A DNA stretch of 63,363 nt, filler included, from Craspedostauros australis (Eukaryota), in assembly GCA_030167865.1 (NCBI GenBank). It is 12 parts of 12 records of this genome, joined end to end, with 100 filler letters (N's around TTAATTAATTAA, not from the genome) between each part and the next. Parts side by side here need not be neighbours in the genome. Positions count along the whole stretch, not along the records: positions 58,168 to 60,854 come from JALAGF010003484.1; positions 60,955 to 63,363 come from JALAGF010003491.1; 10 more parts are not named here. One strand, given 5' to 3'. The notes below the pieces were generated by a model that saw nothing but the letters and a program-made list of their open reading frames with translations, was not told where the DNA came from and did no database searches. Numbering within the stretch: position 1 is the stretch's first letter; each line of letters opens with the position of its first letter. Positions 59,471-63,363 of the stretch are shown one piece after another. The translations under genes were made by a program, and so were the position numbers.

Positions 59471-62312
59471 TCATCCTAAGACAATCTCCGATCCTCTCCG
59501 ATCATTCACCAGTTCGTCGTCAGGGACTCGTTCACAAGACATCTCACACTTCGTGACACCGGCCTGTCTCAAATACTCTTTTCTTGTTTGTTGCGACATG
59601 GGGGCCGTAGTCGCATGTATTGTGATGCTGGTCACGAATCCAACATCGCCGTTCCCTGTGGCATTCGCGTGTGACTCCCATTCCTGCATCGAGGTCATGA
59701 ATGTCACGATCTGGTTCGCATTCGGCACATGGCGTTCTTCACATCAAAACACGTGCAGCTCACAATTTTGGTGTGACAAAGATCCAAGGGAGAGGTGGGG
59801 GAATGTAGCGTTTTATGATGCTTGACTCCTCACATGTGGGAGTCGCGGTATTTTGGTGTTTCATAACACACGATTCCTGACATGATCACCAAGAGTCGAT
59901 TCAGTTCAGTCGTGGTTGATACTATTGGGGGGTGCGGCAACCATGTGTACCTTGACAAAGTTGTACTCTCGATTCCCAACAGGCCCATTACATTCATCAC
60001 AACCTCGACCACACACAGCAAACTATTAGACTTCTACAAAATGAGGCCGGATAGAGTACTCTCCAGTGGACAGCTACTGAGTCGAGTAGATCATGTAGTA
60101 TACCCAAAGAGCTCTAACTGGTTGCACCCTCACACGATTTTCACCGTTACAGTCGCTCCCATTCTCTTGCGTCTTCTTTGGCTTTGGCTTTGCTTTGGTT
60201 AGTGCCCACCACAAAGTATTTCCATGACGGAGCCGGCACAGGACCATGAAGTCAATGGAACATCTTCGTTTGTGCTCCTGCCTTACCTATTTTCGCCCAA
60301 ACTCTTTCTTTCGCCATCTCTGTGCAGCAAGCAAGCAGCCGTTTCTGCCCTCTCTCACCTTCATGGGACTCGACTGAAGCCAAACTCGAACGACGTTTTG
60401 ATTCTCATGGTCGCACAAATCAGACCTCCTTGGCAGGGCTCCACCACCACAGTCTCCATTCATGACAGACGAACACCCGACAGATCTCGTGGGCAATCGT
60501 TCTTGCATGACGATGGTGGTGTGTTGATAAACATGATGCCGCCACCACCACAGCATCCACCAGTGACCGTGTCCATCGAACTCAACGGCAAGCAATACGG
60601 CATTACACAAGGTGGTGGGACGGGCAGGTGTGGAGGCAAAGAAGAAGGCAATCATCGTCTGCTCCAGAAACGAGCAGAAGCTTCGATTGCTTGCCCCGAT
60701 CTGTCGTCATCTACGGTTGTTGCTTTTGGGGTCATGCTGCGGCGCTTGGATACTCTGCCCCATGCTGAGGTTCCACCGCCATCGATACCTTGCCCTCCCA
60801 CAATCGCCATGGACTGCAGCTTGTATTCTCTTCGTATCCCCACTCACCTTGTGCNNNNNNNNNNNNNNNNNNNNNNNNNNNNNNNNNNNNNNNNNNNNTT
60901 AATTAATTAANNNNNNNNNNNNNNNNNNNNNNNNNNNNNNNNNNNNNNNNNNNNGGACTTTGGAACAAGCTGACTTTCATCATCCGATTCGGACAACATC
61001 ATTCACGTGAGCCAATGCTCATCAGATTGTGTGTCCTTATCGTCATGGTCATCCTGTACAATATTTGCCATCGCACTCACCATCAATTGCACTTGCTGGA
61101 TAAAGTTGCGCTGGGCAAGATCATTGAGCATGATTTGCATCATGCTCAATGATCGAAGCAGCAGCAGTTGTCGCATGGGTTGGATCCTCCTCCTCTTCAT
61201 CCTCCTCGTCACGATCATCACCAGCATCATCATCGCTTGTGCTGCGAAGCCGACGGTTTGGCTTCTGAAAAGCGGAGGTGGGCATGTGGGGGAGGGTATG
61301 CGTCGGTAATTTCGACGGGATCTACTCCTAATCCTCACGATCGATGAGTGGTTCCTGTGTAGTTGGAAGTTGATGGTCGTGGCGGAGGTTGATGACTCCT
61401 GCGGTTGTTCTTGTCGTAGCCGCTGGTGTGAAGGCTTGCGTGGTTGGCAGCAGGAGGTGTTGCCAACGAGCCTGCATCCTCCATCGAAGCCGTAGGCGGA
61501 GTCCGCAGGTGATGCCTTGCCCGGAGTAGACGTCGGGTGTCATGTGTGGCGATCCATGATGGCTGCGGCTGCTGCTGCTGCTGATCGTCTTGGAGGTGTC
61601 GTCGCCCTCGTTGATTGGATGGGCCATGGCGGTTTGGGCATAGTGCAATGGGCGCGAGACGAAGTGTTTGATGGAGAAGGTGCCTCTACGGAGATCGACC
61701 CTGGCCTCATCATCGGGTGGATCGATGTTCGCGATGCTACTCGCACGTTGGTTGTGTTGGTTGTGCGAGGAAATGGTTTTCTCGCTCGTGGTAATTTGTG
61801 GTTGTTGGTCGGCATCCGCCAAATTCCAACCAAGTGTTACCAACGCGACAAGATCCACAACCAGAACAAACCACTGAATTTGGCGGGCCTCGCCCTCGAA
61901 CGAATCAATCGCCAAAGGAGGGGAAGGGAAAACGGCGTTTTTTTGTAAAAGCGACTCAGAAAGAATAGAAAGTGGGTCCATTGTTGCTATTTTCCAAATT
62001 TTCCTGCTGTTCGTTGGAATCAGTCATTTCACAGGTTTCGCTGTTGCTTTCCTCGTGTATTTGTGACTTGCTTTGGGTTTGGGACAACAAGTCCATTGGT
62101 CATCGCGACTTCGTCCGCAACTCGAAGGCACACATTGCCACGACCCTCCCTGTACCGACTAATGGCACACCAACCTACCATGGTGACATTGCAACCTGCT
62201 TCTCTCCTCCTCCCCATGCATGCTATGCACAGTTCTTGTTATGTTGTTGTTGTTGTACCATATAGACTATAGTCTATAACTGTGAGCTGGAGGCGCTGTT
62301 GTACCGCCTCGT

Positions 62313-63363
62313 TTATTCCACAGGAGACCTGCATTGGGCACAGATACTGTAAGCAGGTCTTGTCTTGCCGTGTGATTGCATGCAATTGTGTATGCCAGCA
62401 TATGCATAGTGCACGCACAGGCGGAACACGTGGTGGCACTGGCCGCTCCCACAGTGGATCAGGTGAAGCGTGCTGGACGTGTGGTTGAGTGTCAGGATGT
62501 TGGATGCAGATGGTGCACAGCGCATCCATGCCAGCTACTCTGGAGGAACCATGGTCTCAACATTCGGCATGCCATGTGTCATGGCTAGAAGCCGTATTGC
62601 TCTGCTTGGATCGGTTTCCAGTAGGTTCTGGGCAAGCTGATGGAGGTGGGGAGGTATGGGCATTTGCGGTAGCTCTAATATGGCTTCACAACGATTCCTT
62701 GCACTTGGACAACATGCCATGCTTGGCTTCTTCCCAGAGCTTGTGATTTCGGCCGGACCCTTGTTGTAGTGCCATGTGTTGGAGCTCGTAAGTTGCTTTG
62801 GTTTGCCAGTTCATGTCCTTGTGGTGGTGCAATCTTCACGGAGATATGGGACTGTGCTTTCTGTACTCTATTGACCGTGCACCCCATATCATCCCGTCCA
62901 GGCCGTCTCCGTGCTGGGCGTCCATGATGGTGGTGGTTGTCATGTGCCTGATTCCTTTTGGCGGAGTGCTGCTTTTACGTTTCAGGATGTGGAGAGCTTG
63001 GACGAGCAGGCCAGCTCTCCAAGCATGAACCTTGGGGAGCACGATGATGTCCCAGACTAGTTCAATGCAGGAGTCCCAAAATTATCTGCCTGCATGCACT
63101 GTTGTTGTTCTTATGCTACACAAGCAACTCCTTGTTGCTCTGTCATGTGTTCACAAACAACACAATCATGATTGTGTTCAAAGTGTTTTATGCTCCTATT
63201 GCTCCTCTTGCTTCTCTTTGTTTTCTTTGTTCTTTCCTCTACCTTCAGAGACCTGGATTGCTCCTCCAGTCCAATTTGGTTCAGCCTGGGTTACTTCCTT
63301 GGTTGGCACAGCCAACTGAAGTTTTTTCAGCAGTCTTTGCGACGAATAGATTGAAAAGTGGTT
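62313..63363 (-). pseudogene. Decayed ORF ending in a RING-finger-like Cys/His cluster
   Basis: One frame from 63363 reads through several TGA/TAG/TAA stops to MDALCTIC; a frameshift then gives CGSGQCHHVF...ICAQCRSPVE-stop. Confidence 0.5.

Noticed and set aside
24545..60954. Regularly recurring TTAATTAATTAA palindromes as a biological repeat or CRISPR-like array
   Set aside because: Each is centred in an N-padded 100-bp spacer and is an artificial six-frame-stop contig linker.
60955..61981. ORFs 61328-61981 and 61003-61338 as genes
   Set aside because: Low-complexity, stop-interrupted and without recognisable domains; at most a decayed relic.

Overview
This is eukaryotic DNA, most likely from a diatom, judged from spliceosomal GT-AG introns, the gene families present and the retrotransposon types. 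It is not one locus. Twelve assembly contigs are joined by an artificial 100-bp linker (44 N + TTAATTAATTAA + 44 N): 1-24544, 24645-28086, 28187-31560, 31661-36561, 36662-42797, 42898-45038, 45139-47279, 47380-50594, 50695-54455, 54556-58067, 58168-60854 and 60955-63363. Contig 1 carries a two-exon heat-shock factor (HSF), CPSF2/CPSF100, two paralogous TPR-like genes ending in A(A/P)AA, a two-exon compact ABC half-transporter, a 65-aa micro-ORF and a truncated coiled-coil/PDZ protein. The other contigs hold two allelic copies of the HSF 5' region, an APE-RT-RNaseH non-LTR retrotransposon with one nonsense codon, and a secreted precursor with an RRRL-bracketed six-cysteine peptide. They also hold two variants of a Ty1/copia pol fragment with a PDZ-like domain after the integrase, a dynamin-like GTPase, a cyclophilin pseudogene, SPO11 (Spo11-2 type), a MATH-BTB gene in a terminally redundant 2678-bp unit, and CpG-decayed relics. 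The best candidates for undescribed biology are the cysteine-rich peptide precursor, the PDZ-bearing copia integrase, the MATH-BTB repeat unit and the Ala-tailed TPR-like family. No database searches were run; all family calls come from motif recognition.
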